Origin: Candidatus Eiseniibacteriota bacterium
GTDB taxonomy: Bacteria > Eisenbacteria > RBG-16-71-46
Assembly (NCBI GenBank): GCA_963744995.1
Contig: CAVUWA010000010.1
Location: 96,001-160,000 of the forward strand
Length of the DNA stretch: 64,000 bases
Direction: 5' to 3'
The notes under the pieces: model-generated
The model's input: the letters and a program-made list of their open reading frames with translations, nothing else
What the model was told of the DNA's origin: nothing
The model's database searches: none
Made by a program: the position numbers and the translations under genes
Part shown: piece by piece, positions 49,973 through 59,900 of the stretch
Position numbering within the stretch: the first letter of the stretch is position 1
Layout of the letters: every line of letters begins with the position of its first letter

Positions 49973-51046
49973 ATGACCGCCGCCGACCTCCCCGATCCCG
50001 TCCGCGTCCAGCGGGTGCTGATGATCCGTCCGCGCTTCCTCGGCGACGTCTGTCTCACGCTGCCCGCGCTCGAGGCGCTCCGCGCGGCGTGTCCGGGGGC
50101 GAAGATCGCCTACGTCGCCGAACCCGCCGCCGCGGCGCTGCTCGAAGGCGATCCGCGCATCGATGAACGGATCGTGGTGCCGCGCTCGCCCGGCGCCGGC
50201 GGTACGCTGGCACTCGTCGCACGCCTCAGACGCTTCGCGCCCGACGTGGCGTTCGACTTCTTCTGCAACCCGCGTACCGCGGTGTGGACGTTCCTGTCCG
50301 GTGCGAAGGTGCGCGTGGGCTATCCGAACAAGGGCTGGCGCTCGACGCTCTATACGCACCACGCGCGGCCGCGCACGCTGTCGGCGATCGGCTTCCACCT
50401 CGCTTCGCTCACGGCGCTCGGCTGGCCTATCGCCCACGGCCCGCCGCGCCTCCACGTCCCGGCCGCGTCGAAGGACGACGCGACGCGGGCCTTGCGCGAG
50501 GATGGCGTGCCGGCCGGGCGCAGACTCGTCGGCTTCCATCCCGGCGCGCGCTGGCCGACGCGGCGCTGGGCGCCGGAGCGCTTTGCGGCGCTCGCCGCGC
50601 GCGTGATCGACCACGAGCCGGATGCATTCGTCCTCGTCACGGGCGGACCCGACGAGGCGCCCCTCGTGCGCGAGGTCGTGCGCGACCTGCCGCACGCCCG
50701 CTCACGCGCGGTGATCGGCTGGCCGATCCCGCGCTTCGTCGCCCTGCAATCCATGTGCGCCGCGTTCGTCTGCGGAGATACCGGCCCCATGCACACGGCG
50801 GTCGCCACCGGTGCGCCCACGCTCGGATTGATCTCACGCAACCGCCCGGCCATGTTCTTTCCCTACGCGGAGGCCGACGGTCACCACGCCTGTTACGCCC
50901 GCGTCGAGTGCAGTCCGTGCCACCGCGACGTGTGCGACGATCTGCGCTGTCTCGAACGAATCACCGTCGACGGCGCCTGGACGATCCTCGAATCCATGCT
51001 CGACCGCACGGCCCGCGCCGCGTCGGCGGCCGCGCCCGGGAGATGA
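49973..51046 (+). CDS. Glycosyltransferase family 9 (LPS heptosyltransferase-like)
   Basis: LGDV.LT.P, HPGA.WPTRRW, DTGPMH.A, CSPC...C..C. Confidence 0.92.
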   Translation: MTAADLPDPVRVQRVLMIRPRFLGDVCLTLPALEALRAACPGAKIAYVAEPAAAALLEGDPRIDERIVVPRSPGAGGTLALVARLRRFAPDVAFDFFCNPRTAVWTFLSGAKVRVGYPNKGWRSTLYTHHARPRTLSAIGFHLASLTALGWPIAHGPPRLHVPAASKDDATRALREDGVPAGRRLVGFHPGARWPTRRWAPERFAALAARVIDHEPDAFVLVTGGPDEAPLVREVVRDLPHARSRAVIGWPIPRFVALQSMCAAFVCGDTGPMHTAVATGAPTLGLISRNRPAMFFPYAEADGHHACYARVECSPCHRDVCDDLRCLERITVDGAWTILESMLDRTARAASAAAPGR

Positions 51047-51870
51047 CGATGCCGCCACCGATCATCACATTCACCTCCGACTTCGGCCACACGGACTGGT
51101 TCACCGGAGTGGTGCACGGCGTGATCCACGGCGTGTGTCCGGCCGCACGCGTGGTCGATCTCACCCACGACGTGCGCCCGGGTCACGTCGAGCGCGCCGC
51201 GTTCATCCTCGAGGCGGCGGCGCCGGACTTTCCCGCCGGCACCGTGCATCTCGCGGTCGTGGATCCCGGTGTCGGCACGCAGCGTCGCGCGCTCGCGGCC
51301 GCAGCGCACGGCCAGTTCTTCGTCGGCCCGGACAACGGGCTGCTCGAGTGGGCGTTCCGCGATCCCGCGTGCGTCATCCACGCGCTCACCGAGGCGCGGT
51401 TCTTCCGCGCGCCGGTCAGCCGCAGCTTCCACGGCCGCGATGTCTTCGCGCCCGTCGCCGCGCACCTCGCGGAAGGGACGCCGATCGCATCCCTGGGGCC
51501 GCGGGTCGACGATCCCGTGAGGCTCGAGGCGCCGCGCCCGCGTGACGAGCTGGGCTGGCTCGCCGGGCGCGTGATGTTCATCGATCGCTTCGGCAACGCG
51601 CTCACCAACCTGACCGAGGACATCGTGCGCGGTGCGTTTCCGGGAATCCCCGATGACCGGCTCGAGGTGCGCGCGCTCGGCCGCTCGATCCGTGGTCTGG
51701 TGCGCACCTACGGCGATGCGCCGCGCGGCGCGCTGATCGCGCTCATGGGCTCGAGCGGCCGGCTCGAGATCGCCGTGGTGGACGGTGACGTCGCCTGGCG
51801 TTTCGGCCTCGGCGCCGGCGATCCGGTCACCGTGCGCGCGATCGGCGACGAGGGCAGTACGGCGGGCTGA
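51043..51870 (+). CDS. DUF62 SAM hydroxide adenosyltransferase (SAM hydrolase)
   Basis: TSDFG, VVDPGVGTQR, GPDNG, SFHGRDVFAP, DRFGN. Confidence 0.93.
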   Translation: MTMPPPIITFTSDFGHTDWFTGVVHGVIHGVCPAARVVDLTHDVRPGHVERAAFILEAAAPDFPAGTVHLAVVDPGVGTQRRALAAAAHGQFFVGPDNGLLEWAFRDPACVIHALTEARFFRAPVSRSFHGRDVFAPVAAHLAEGTPIASLGPRVDDPVRLEAPRPRDELGWLAGRVMFIDRFGNALTNLTEDIVRGAFPGIPDDRLEVRALGRSIRGLVRTYGDAPRGALIALMGSSGRLEIAVVDGDVAWRFGLGAGDPVTVRAIGDEGSTAG

Positions 51871-52019
51871 ACCGGGGGACGGGGGCGGCGGCGGCGACCG
51901 GAGCCTGCAGGGTGGAGCGCGCCGGCCGTGCCGCACCGCGCCGGCCGGCCGCGGGGATGCGCGCGTCCCCGGCCCGCGCGAAGCGGACCGGGGACGCCGT
52001 GTCTCGAGCCGCGTGCGGG

Positions 52020-53645
52020 TCAGCGCCGCGAGTGTCCGTTCGCCTCGATCGCCTGCGACATGAGCTTGCTCGCCTGCGGGAAGTGACGCAGCGCCTCGTC
52101 GAGCTGGGTGTCCTCTTCGACGAGCACCTTGTAGCGCTCCTGCTGGCCGGCGGTCGCGCCGGCGATCTCGGCGCGCACCTGATTCAGCATGAAGTCCCGG
52201 TCCGCCGCCCACGACGAGTCGCTCAACGTGACGTCGCGCTTGTTCATCTCCGCGCGCAGCGACTGCCAGTCCGCATCGGACAGCTTGAAGGTCGGGCCGT
52301 AGGTCTCCGGCGTCCACTTCGCGTTCGGGCGCTCGTTCAGGTAGTGCGTGGTGAACTCGAAGAACACGCGCTTCTGCAGCATCTCGGCTTCCTCGCGGGT
52401 CAGGTTCTCCGGGCTCTTGATGATCACGTCCGGGTAGATCCCGCCGCCGCCATACACCGTGCGGCCGCTGGTGGTCTTGAACTTGGGCCGCTTCTCCAGC
52501 ACCGAGTCCGGCGGCACGTCTTCGCGATAGGGATCCATCGAGTAGTCGGCGCGGTCGGAGAACTTCTCGTAGTCGCGCTGAATCTCGCGGCCGCTCGGCG
52601 TGTAGTAACGCGCGATCGTGAGCAGCAGCTTGGCGCCGTTCGAGAGCCGCAGCTGATTCTGCACCAGACCCTTGCCGAACGAGTTGGTGCCGACCACCAG
52701 CCCGCGATCGAGATCCTGGATCGCGCCCGCGACGATCTCGGACGCCGACGCCGAACCGTGGTCGATGAGCACCACGATCGGACCCTTGAGGTCCTTCGGC
52801 CGCGACGTGCTGCGATAGTCCGCATTCGACGACGGAATGCGGCCGCGCGTGTAGACCAGCAGCTGATTGGGCGGAACGATCTGGTCGAGCACGTCCACGG
52901 CCTGCGACAGCAGGCCGCCCGAATTCGAGCGCAGGTCGAGCAGCAGCGATTCCATGCCCTCGCCGTCGAGCTTCTCGAGCGCGCGCTCCAGCTCGTCCCC
53001 GGTGGTCTGCGCGAAACGGGTGATGCGCACGTAACCGACGCCGGGACGGATCATGTAGGCGTAGGGCACGCTCTCGATCGGAATGCGCGCACGCTCGATC
53101 GAGAAGTGCAGCGGCTCGGTTTCGCCCTCGCGCTCGATCGTCACGGCCACGGTGCTGCCAGAGGGGCCGCGCAGCCACTTGAACACGTCCTGCGTGGTCA
53201 CGTCCTTGGAGATCTTCTGCCCGTCGATCTCGGTGATCCGGTCGCCGGCGCGGATGCCGAGCCGGTACGACGGGGTGCCCTCGAGCGGCGAGATGACGGT
53301 GATGTAGCCGTCGATGATGTCGAACTGGACGCCGATGCCCGAGTATTCGCCCTGGAATTGCTCGTCCATGCGCTCGGCGCGCTGTTCCGGCAGGAAGACG
53401 GTGTGCGGATCCAGCGTCTTCAGCATGCCGTCGATCGCGCCCTGGATGAGCTTCTGGTTGTCCGGCGCCTCGACGTAGTTGTTCTGCACCAGGTAGAGCA
53501 CCTGGGAGAACAGGTCGAGCTGGCTGCGCAGGTCATCGGTCGCGTGGAGGCCCCGGGCGAGACCGAACCCGAGCAGGAGCGAAAGGGCCATCCCCGCGGC
53601 GAGGGGACCCGGCGAGAAGCGTCGGAACAGAGAGGGCATGGGCAT
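52020..53645 (-). CDS. ctpA: S41A C-terminal processing peptidase
   Basis: LDPH, PDZ GIG, DLRSNSGG, SASASEIVAG, SFGKGLVQ, YYTPSGR. Confidence 0.93.
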   Translation of the reverse strand: MPMPSLFRRFSPGPLAAGMALSLLLGFGLARGLHATDDLRSQLDLFSQVLYLVQNNYVEAPDNQKLIQGAIDGMLKTLDPHTVFLPEQRAERMDEQFQGEYSGIGVQFDIIDGYITVISPLEGTPSYRLGIRAGDRITEIDGQKISKDVTTQDVFKWLRGPSGSTVAVTIEREGETEPLHFSIERARIPIESVPYAYMIRPGVGYVRITRFAQTTGDELERALEKLDGEGMESLLLDLRSNSGGLLSQAVDVLDQIVPPNQLLVYTRGRIPSSNADYRSTSRPKDLKGPIVVLIDHGSASASEIVAGAIQDLDRGLVVGTNSFGKGLVQNQLRLSNGAKLLLTIARYYTPSGREIQRDYEKFSDRADYSMDPYREDVPPDSVLEKRPKFKTTSGRTVYGGGGIYPDVIIKSPENLTREEAEMLQKRVFFEFTTHYLNERPNAKWTPETYGPTFKLSDADWQSLRAEMNKRDVTLSDSSWAADRDFMLNQVRAEIAGATAGQQERYKVLVEEDTQLDEALRHFPQASKLMSQAIEANGHSRR

Positions 53646-53659
53646 TCCCTGGGTTTGGG

Positions 53660-54838
53660 TCAGGCGAACGACGCTCCGGCGCGCAGTCGGGACAGCCGTT
53701 CGACCGCCGCCTCGAGCGTCGCGCGTCGCCGCGCAAAATGGAACCGCAGCCGCTGCCGGCCGTGTTCCGGTGTGGAATAGAAGCTCGAACCCGGAACGCC
53801 CGCCACGCCGACCTCGCGCACCAGCCTGCGCGCGAAGGTGACGTCGTCGCTGGCCCCGAATCCGCCGATGTCCGTCATCACGTAATAGGCGCCCTTCGGC
53901 ATGAAGGCCCGGAACCCGGCGGATTCGAGTGCCGGGACCAGATAATCACGCTTTTCGCAATACCCGCTTGCCAAGCCTTCGTAATAAGACGCTGGCAAGT
54001 CGAGTGCCGCCGCGGCCGCCTCCTGAAGCGGCGCCGGAGCGCCGACGGTCAGGAAATCGTGAACCTTCCGGATCGCCCCCGTGAGGGTCGCCGGCGCCAG
54101 GCACCAGCCGATCCGCCAGCCCGTCACGCTGTAGGTCTTCGAGATTCCGCTGATCGTCACGGTGCGCTCGCGCATGCCGTCGAGCGACGCCATGGGCACG
54201 TGCACGGTGCCGTCGTAGAGGATGTGCTCGTAGATCTCATCGGTGATCGCGATCACATCCCACTTCATGCAGAGGGCCGCGATCGCCTCGAGCTCCGCCC
54301 GGGTGAACACCTTGCCCGTCGGGTTGTTGGGCGTATTGATGACGATCGCCCGCGTCCGATTCCCGAACGCCGCTTCCAGCTCCGCCGGGTCGAAGGACCA
54401 GTCGGGCTCGCGGAGCCGTACGAATCGCGGCTTCGCGCCGCACAGCACCGCGTCCGGGCCGTAGTTCTCGTAGAACGGTTCGAAGACGATGACCTCGTCG
54501 TCCGGATCCACCAGCGCGAGCATCGTCGACGCCATGCACTCGGTCGCGCCGCAGCAGACCGTTATCTCGGCCTCGGTGTCGTACTCGAGCCCGGTGAAGC
54601 GCTTCATCTTGGCCGCGAGCGCGCGGCGCAGGCGCGGCGCGCCCCAGGTAACCGCGTACTGGTTGACGTCGTCCTGGATCGCCTTCGCCGCCGCGTCCTT
54701 GATCACCTGCGGCGCGGGGAAGTCGGGGAACCCCTGAGAGAGGTTCACCCCGTCCACCTCGTTGCAGAGGCGCGTCATCTCGCGGATCACCGATTCGGTG
54801 AATCGGGTGCTGCGTTCGGAAACCGTGCGGTCGGGCAT
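53660..54838 (-). CDS. Class I/II PLP aminotransferase
   Basis: NLSQGFPD, NTPNNPTG, DEIYE, SKTYSVTGWRIG. Confidence 0.95.
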   Translation of the reverse strand: MPDRTVSERSTRFTESVIREMTRLCNEVDGVNLSQGFPDFPAPQVIKDAAAKAIQDDVNQYAVTWGAPRLRRALAAKMKRFTGLEYDTEAEITVCCGATECMASTMLALVDPDDEVIVFEPFYENYGPDAVLCGAKPRFVRLREPDWSFDPAELEAAFGNRTRAIVINTPNNPTGKVFTRAELEAIAALCMKWDVIAITDEIYEHILYDGTVHVPMASLDGMRERTVTISGISKTYSVTGWRIGWCLAPATLTGAIRKVHDFLTVGAPAPLQEAAAAALDLPASYYEGLASGYCEKRDYLVPALESAGFRAFMPKGAYYVMTDIGGFGASDDVTFARRLVREVGVAGVPGSSFYSTPEHGRQRLRFHFARRRATLEAAVERLSRLRAGASFA

Positions 54839-55015
54839 GCCCAAGTGTAACCCACTGGTGCAGGCGGGATCGCGGGGATTTGCGGGGCGATTTGGCGGGC
54901 CCCGAGGGGGTTTTGGCGCATCCGGTGGCCGGCGCCGGGGCGCGCCGGCTCCCTTCACCGCACCTGGGACGCGCGGGTTTGACAGCCGCTTCGATCACAT
55001 CCGAATCTCGCCCGC

Positions 55016-56449
55016 ATGGACGCGCAGCGCGGGATTGCCCGCCGCATGGTCATCGGCCTGCCGCCGGGCGGGCCCTCCCCGGCCTGGGAGAAGGACTTCT
55101 CCGCCTACCCGCCCGCCGGGGTGATCGTATTTCGCCGCGACTTCGAGGATCTCGAAGGGTTGCGACGGCTGACCGCGCGGCTGCGCGAGCTGGCGCGGCC
55201 ACGGCGGATCTTCATCGCGATCGACGAAGAGGGCGGCTGGGTGTCGCAGCTCGACGGCCACCTCGTCGTGCCGCCCAACGCGCTGCTGCTCGCGCGCGGC
55301 GCCGAGCCCGGGCAGATCGAGATGCTCGCGCGCGTGACGGGGGAACGCCTGCGCGCGCTCGGCGTGGACTGGGTGTTCGCGCCGGTCGCCGACGTCAACA
55401 CAGAACCCAGGAATCCGGTGATCGGACCACGTTCGTTCGGCGCCGATCCCGATGTCGTGTCGCGCTCGGTCGGCGAGGCGCTGGCGGGTTTCCGCGCCGC
55501 GGGGATCGCGGCGTGCTTGAAACACTTTCCGGGGCACGGCGATACGACCGAGGATTCGCACCTCGGGCTCCCTGTGTGCGATGCATCGGCCGCGGACATG
55601 GAGCGGATCCACCTGAAGCCGTTCCGCGATCACCTCGGCGCCGACGCGGTGATGTCGTCGCACGTCGAGCACCGCGCGTTCGACACGGAGAACGCCTCGA
55701 CGTTCTCGCGGAACGTGATGAGCGGACTGCTGCGCGAGCGCCTCGGCTTCGGGGGCATCGCGATCACCGATGCGCTGGAAATGCAGGGTGCGGCGCTCGG
55801 GCAGACGCCGTTCGAAGCCTGCCGGCGTGCGCTCGCCGCGGGCTGCGACCTGATCATGATCGCCCACTGGGACGATTCGATCCGCCGCACGCGGCTCGAG
55901 CTGGCGAACGCGCTCGTCGACGAGGCGTTCGACCGCAGCGTGTTCGACGCGGCCCGGACGCGACTCGCGGCGTTCGACCGGGCGGTCCCCGAGCCGGACG
56001 TCGAGGCGCTGTCGAAGCCGATCGAGGCCCTGACCCCTCCGGGGTGGGCGGAGATGCTCGAGCGCATCATCGAACGCGGGATCCGGATCAAGGGCGCGCT
56101 GCCGGGCGAGGTGCATGGAAAACCATGGCACGTCGTGGAGCCCCGATTCACACGGGGCGGGACGTTCGCCGACGCGCTCCGGGCCGCGGGGGTCGTGGTC
56201 TCGCCCGAGCCGGAGGGCGCCGTGAACGTGCGCGTGTTCGCGAGCCGGGTGCCCCTGCCGATCTCGACGCTCGAGCGGCTGCGCTTCGATGCCGCCGAAG
56301 CGCCGCTGGTCCTGGTGAGTCTGCAGAACGATGACGTCGTGGACGAAGTGCGGGACGCGGCCCTGCGGGTCTCGGCCGCGGACTCGACCGAGGTCACGCG
56401 GCGCGTCGTCGCCCATGCTCTGGCGGCACGCACGTCGTCGCAGGCCTGA
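55016..56449 (+). CDS. nagZ: GH3 beta-N-acetylhexosaminidase
   Basis: IDEEGG, APVAD, RSFG, KHFPGHGDTTEDSH NagZ signature, ITDALEM. Confidence 0.9.
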   Translation: MDAQRGIARRMVIGLPPGGPSPAWEKDFSAYPPAGVIVFRRDFEDLEGLRRLTARLRELARPRRIFIAIDEEGGWVSQLDGHLVVPPNALLLARGAEPGQIEMLARVTGERLRALGVDWVFAPVADVNTEPRNPVIGPRSFGADPDVVSRSVGEALAGFRAAGIAACLKHFPGHGDTTEDSHLGLPVCDASAADMERIHLKPFRDHLGADAVMSSHVEHRAFDTENASTFSRNVMSGLLRERLGFGGIAITDALEMQGAALGQTPFEACRRALAAGCDLIMIAHWDDSIRRTRLELANALVDEAFDRSVFDAARTRLAAFDRAVPEPDVEALSKPIEALTPPGWAEMLERIIERGIRIKGALPGEVHGKPWHVVEPRFTRGGTFADALRAAGVVVSPEPEGAVNVRVFASRVPLPISTLERLRFDAAEAPLVLVSLQNDDVVDEVRDAALRVSAADSTEVTRRVVAHALAARTSSQA

Positions 56450-56947
56450 AGCCGTCGCGCGGGGGGCCGCGCAGCGCACCGGTGTTGGCCACGATCGAAC
56501 ATTCCATCAGTCACGCGAATCACATGGCCCCGGCCGCGCGATCCGGGAAGATATCGGTTGCACTCGTCGCGAGCCGGCGTAACCTTGCACGTGGTCGCCC
56601 CGGACACCTCGGGCGGCCTGTCTGCACGGCGTCCCTCGGCCGCCCCCCCCCTTGGACCAGCTGCACCCCGGTCCCGCGCCGCTGCGCTCGCCGCATTCGA
56701 CATTGCAGCACTTGACGTCACCACGTGGTCGCAGCCCTCCGACTGTGCAACCACTGGTCGTTCTATTCGTCAGGCTCGACGTCCGGCGCCGGCCGGCCCC
56801 GTCGCGCAGCGGAAGGAGGCGCCCCGGACCTCATACGTCTGGCTGATCGTTCCCGCATCAAGGCACTGGTTCAGAACCTCACCCAACGCGATGCGGAGCG
56901 CCGTCGTCGACTCGATCGCGCGCCGCGAAACCGCAGGGAGATTGACC

Positions 56948-59900
56948 ATGACCGCATGGCCGCACCGCCTGACCCGCTTCGTCCGCCCACCTCTCATGCG
57001 TTCGGGCACGCTCATCGCCACGCTGTTGAGCGCGTCGCTGCTCTTCGCCGCCGCGCCCGTTCACGCCGCCGTGCACAACCTGGTGTTCGGCGCGCCGTAC
57101 GCGGCCGCATCCTTCGGCTCCACGTCGTCGGAGCACTACTCAGGCGGCAGTGCCTGGTCCAAGGTCTACCCGGGCGGACCCAAGTTCGAGCTGTACGTCG
57201 ACGTGGCGTCGCAGTTCGGATCGAGCTTCACCGTCTCGCAGATCCAGTCGATCACCTACCACACGCTCAACGACGCCAACAATCCGAGCGACGTGGACTT
57301 CTTCCTGGCGATCTACACGCAGCCGTTCGGCGGCGGTGACGCCGGCTGGTATGGCCACCGCCTCAACGCGGAGCCGCTGTACTCCACCGCCTACGTCCCG
57401 CCGACCGCGGGCGTGTGGAACGAGTGGAACACGGATCCCGGCGCCAACCAGCTCACCTTCTTCGACAGCAATCACTGCGGCAATCTGGGCTTCTACGGTG
57501 CGCCGCACCTCCAGGACATCACCTCCGGGCCGATCACGTGGTCGACGATCGCCGGAACCGGTGCGACCGCGACGACGACGCCGATCGACTATTCCGGCGA
57601 GCAGGTGCTCTACATCAGCCTGCAGACCGGCAGCGGTTGGGCGTCGTTCGAGGGTCACCTCGATGCGATCACCGTGAGCCTCACCACCGGTGACAGCTAC
57701 GTCATCGATCTCGAAGGCCCGACGGATCCGTTGTACGTGGACGGCGCGTGGGCCGCGGCCGCGCCCGGCACCGAAGTCCCGGGCGGTCATTTCACCGGGT
57801 ACGACGCCTTCGGCACGATCCAGAGCGCGGTGGACGCAGCGATCCCGGGTGGCACGGTGAACGTCGCCGCCGGCGCGTACGTCGAGCAGGTCGTCATCGA
57901 CGGCAAGGACCTCGCCGTGCAGGGCGCGGGTGCGGGGGCGACCACGATCCAGAGCCCGGCGAGCCTCACGGCTTCCTTCATGACCGGCTCCAATACCAAC
58001 AAGCCGGTGGTGCTCTGCCAGAATGCGAACGACATCCACCTGAGCGACCTCACCGTGGATGGTGACGGCCAGGGCAATGCCAACGCGCGCTTCATGGGAG
58101 TCGCGTACTTCAACGCCGGCGGCGCGCTGCTCGACGCGGACGTGCTGCACGTGCGCAACACGCCCGCCGACGGCTCGCAGCACGGCATCGGCGTGTACTC
58201 GTACAACACGACCGGCGGCCCGTACACCCTGGAGTGCGGGAACCTGAACGTCAGCGACTTTCAGAAGAACGCGTTCTCGCTGAGCGGCACCGGCATGACG
58301 GTCAACGTGCACGACTGCACCGCGACCGGCGCCGGGGACATCAGCTACACCGCACAGAACGGCATCCAGGTCGGCTTCGGCGCGGCCGGATCGATCTCCG
58401 ACTGCGCCGTGTCGGGGATCCGCTACACCCCGGCCACGTACGTTGCGAGCGGCATCCTCGTCTACCAGCCCGGCGGCAACGTCGACGTCTCCGGCCTCGC
58501 CGGCAGCAACGCCATCGCCAGCGTGCAGGCGCCGATCAGCTGGTACGACGGCAGCGGCACGATCGACGGCGTGGAGGTCACGGGACCCGTGGTGAGCGGC
58601 GTGGACTTCGGCCCGGTGTTCATCGGCAACTTCACCGCGCCCGCGGCCTATTCCGCGACGGCCGCCGGCAACGCCTCGCGCGTGCCGCCCGCGTCGCCCG
58701 TCGACGACGGCGCCGGCACCTCGATGCGCGCCGCTGCGACGGCGTACGCGGCGTTCAACGTCAGCGTGAGCCATGGCTGCCTCACGGGCGGCGACGTGGC
58801 CGGCACCGACGGCGTCTACGCCTACTCGGCCGGCGGCCCGCTCAACGTCAGCGTGAACAACACCGTGCTCGCCGACTGGGACCGCGGCCTCGTCGCGGAC
58901 GGCGCGGCGGCCTCGCTCACGGCCAATGACAACTCGATCAGCTCGAACCTCAGCGCCGGCTACGACAACAGCGCGAGCCTCGCCGGCCAGGACGCCTCGA
59001 ACAACTGGTGGGGCGCTTCCGATGGCCCGGGCGGCGTCGAACCCGGCTCGGGCGACGCGATCGTCGGCACCGGCGTGGGCGTCGCTCCGTATCTCATCAG
59101 CGGCGTGAACACCAGCGCCGGCTGCGGCTTCGTGCCGCCGCCGGCCAACACCATCGACCCGGTGCCGCCTGCGGGCTGCATTTCGGCCGCCAATTCGTGC
59201 GTCACGGTGGCGGTCGACATCTCGCGCACCAGCTCGGACGACATCCGCGGCTTCAGCGTGCCGATTCAGCTGTCGTCGAATCTCGAGCTGTGCGCGGGCG
59301 TCTCGAGCATCACCGAGGGGACGTACCTCAGCAACGTCAGCGGCACGACCTTCATGGTGACCGATCTCGGCGGCGGCGCGTACACGGTGGACTGCGCGAT
59401 CCTCGGCCTGCCGTGCGGCGCCACCGCGCCCACCGGCAACCTGTTCAACATCTCGGTCAAGAAGGCGGCCGGACCCGACGGCATCGGCACGGTGTCAGTC
59501 GGCACGCCGATCGCGCGCGACTGCGATAACGGTCCCGTCGCCGTCACCGGTGGCGGCTCGGCCGACGTGACGATCGACACCGGTGGCCCGGCGGCGATGG
59601 CCGACCTCGCGGCGAGCCAGGTGATAACCGGGAACGACACCGACGGGACGACGAAGATTCAGCTGTCGTTCACCGCACCCGGCGACGCCTCGGTTCTCGA
59701 GGTCTATCGCGCGGGCTTCGGCAACTACCCCGAGTACGACGACGCGCCAGGCGCGGGCGCCGTCCCGGCGATCCCGAGCTATCCGCCCGCGGCGCCGTGG
59801 ACCCTGACGCCCGTGACTGCGAACGGCCAGAACGACGAGGTCGCCGTGCGCGACTTCTACTACTACGTGGCCTTCTCGAAGGACGCGTGCGGCAACGTCT

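Noticed and set aside
47014..50058. 1014-aa, 842-aa (38375-40903) and 695-aa (43919-46006) ORFs as fusion proteins
   Set aside because: The N-terminal extensions are off-frame read-through over the upstream genes; real starts are at 48582, 39379 and 45109
51043..51870. Fluorinase/chlorinase
   Set aside because: Has the Asp-Arg-His pattern (VVDPGVGTQR, SFHGRD) of DUF62 SAM hydrolases, and no halometabolite cluster is nearby
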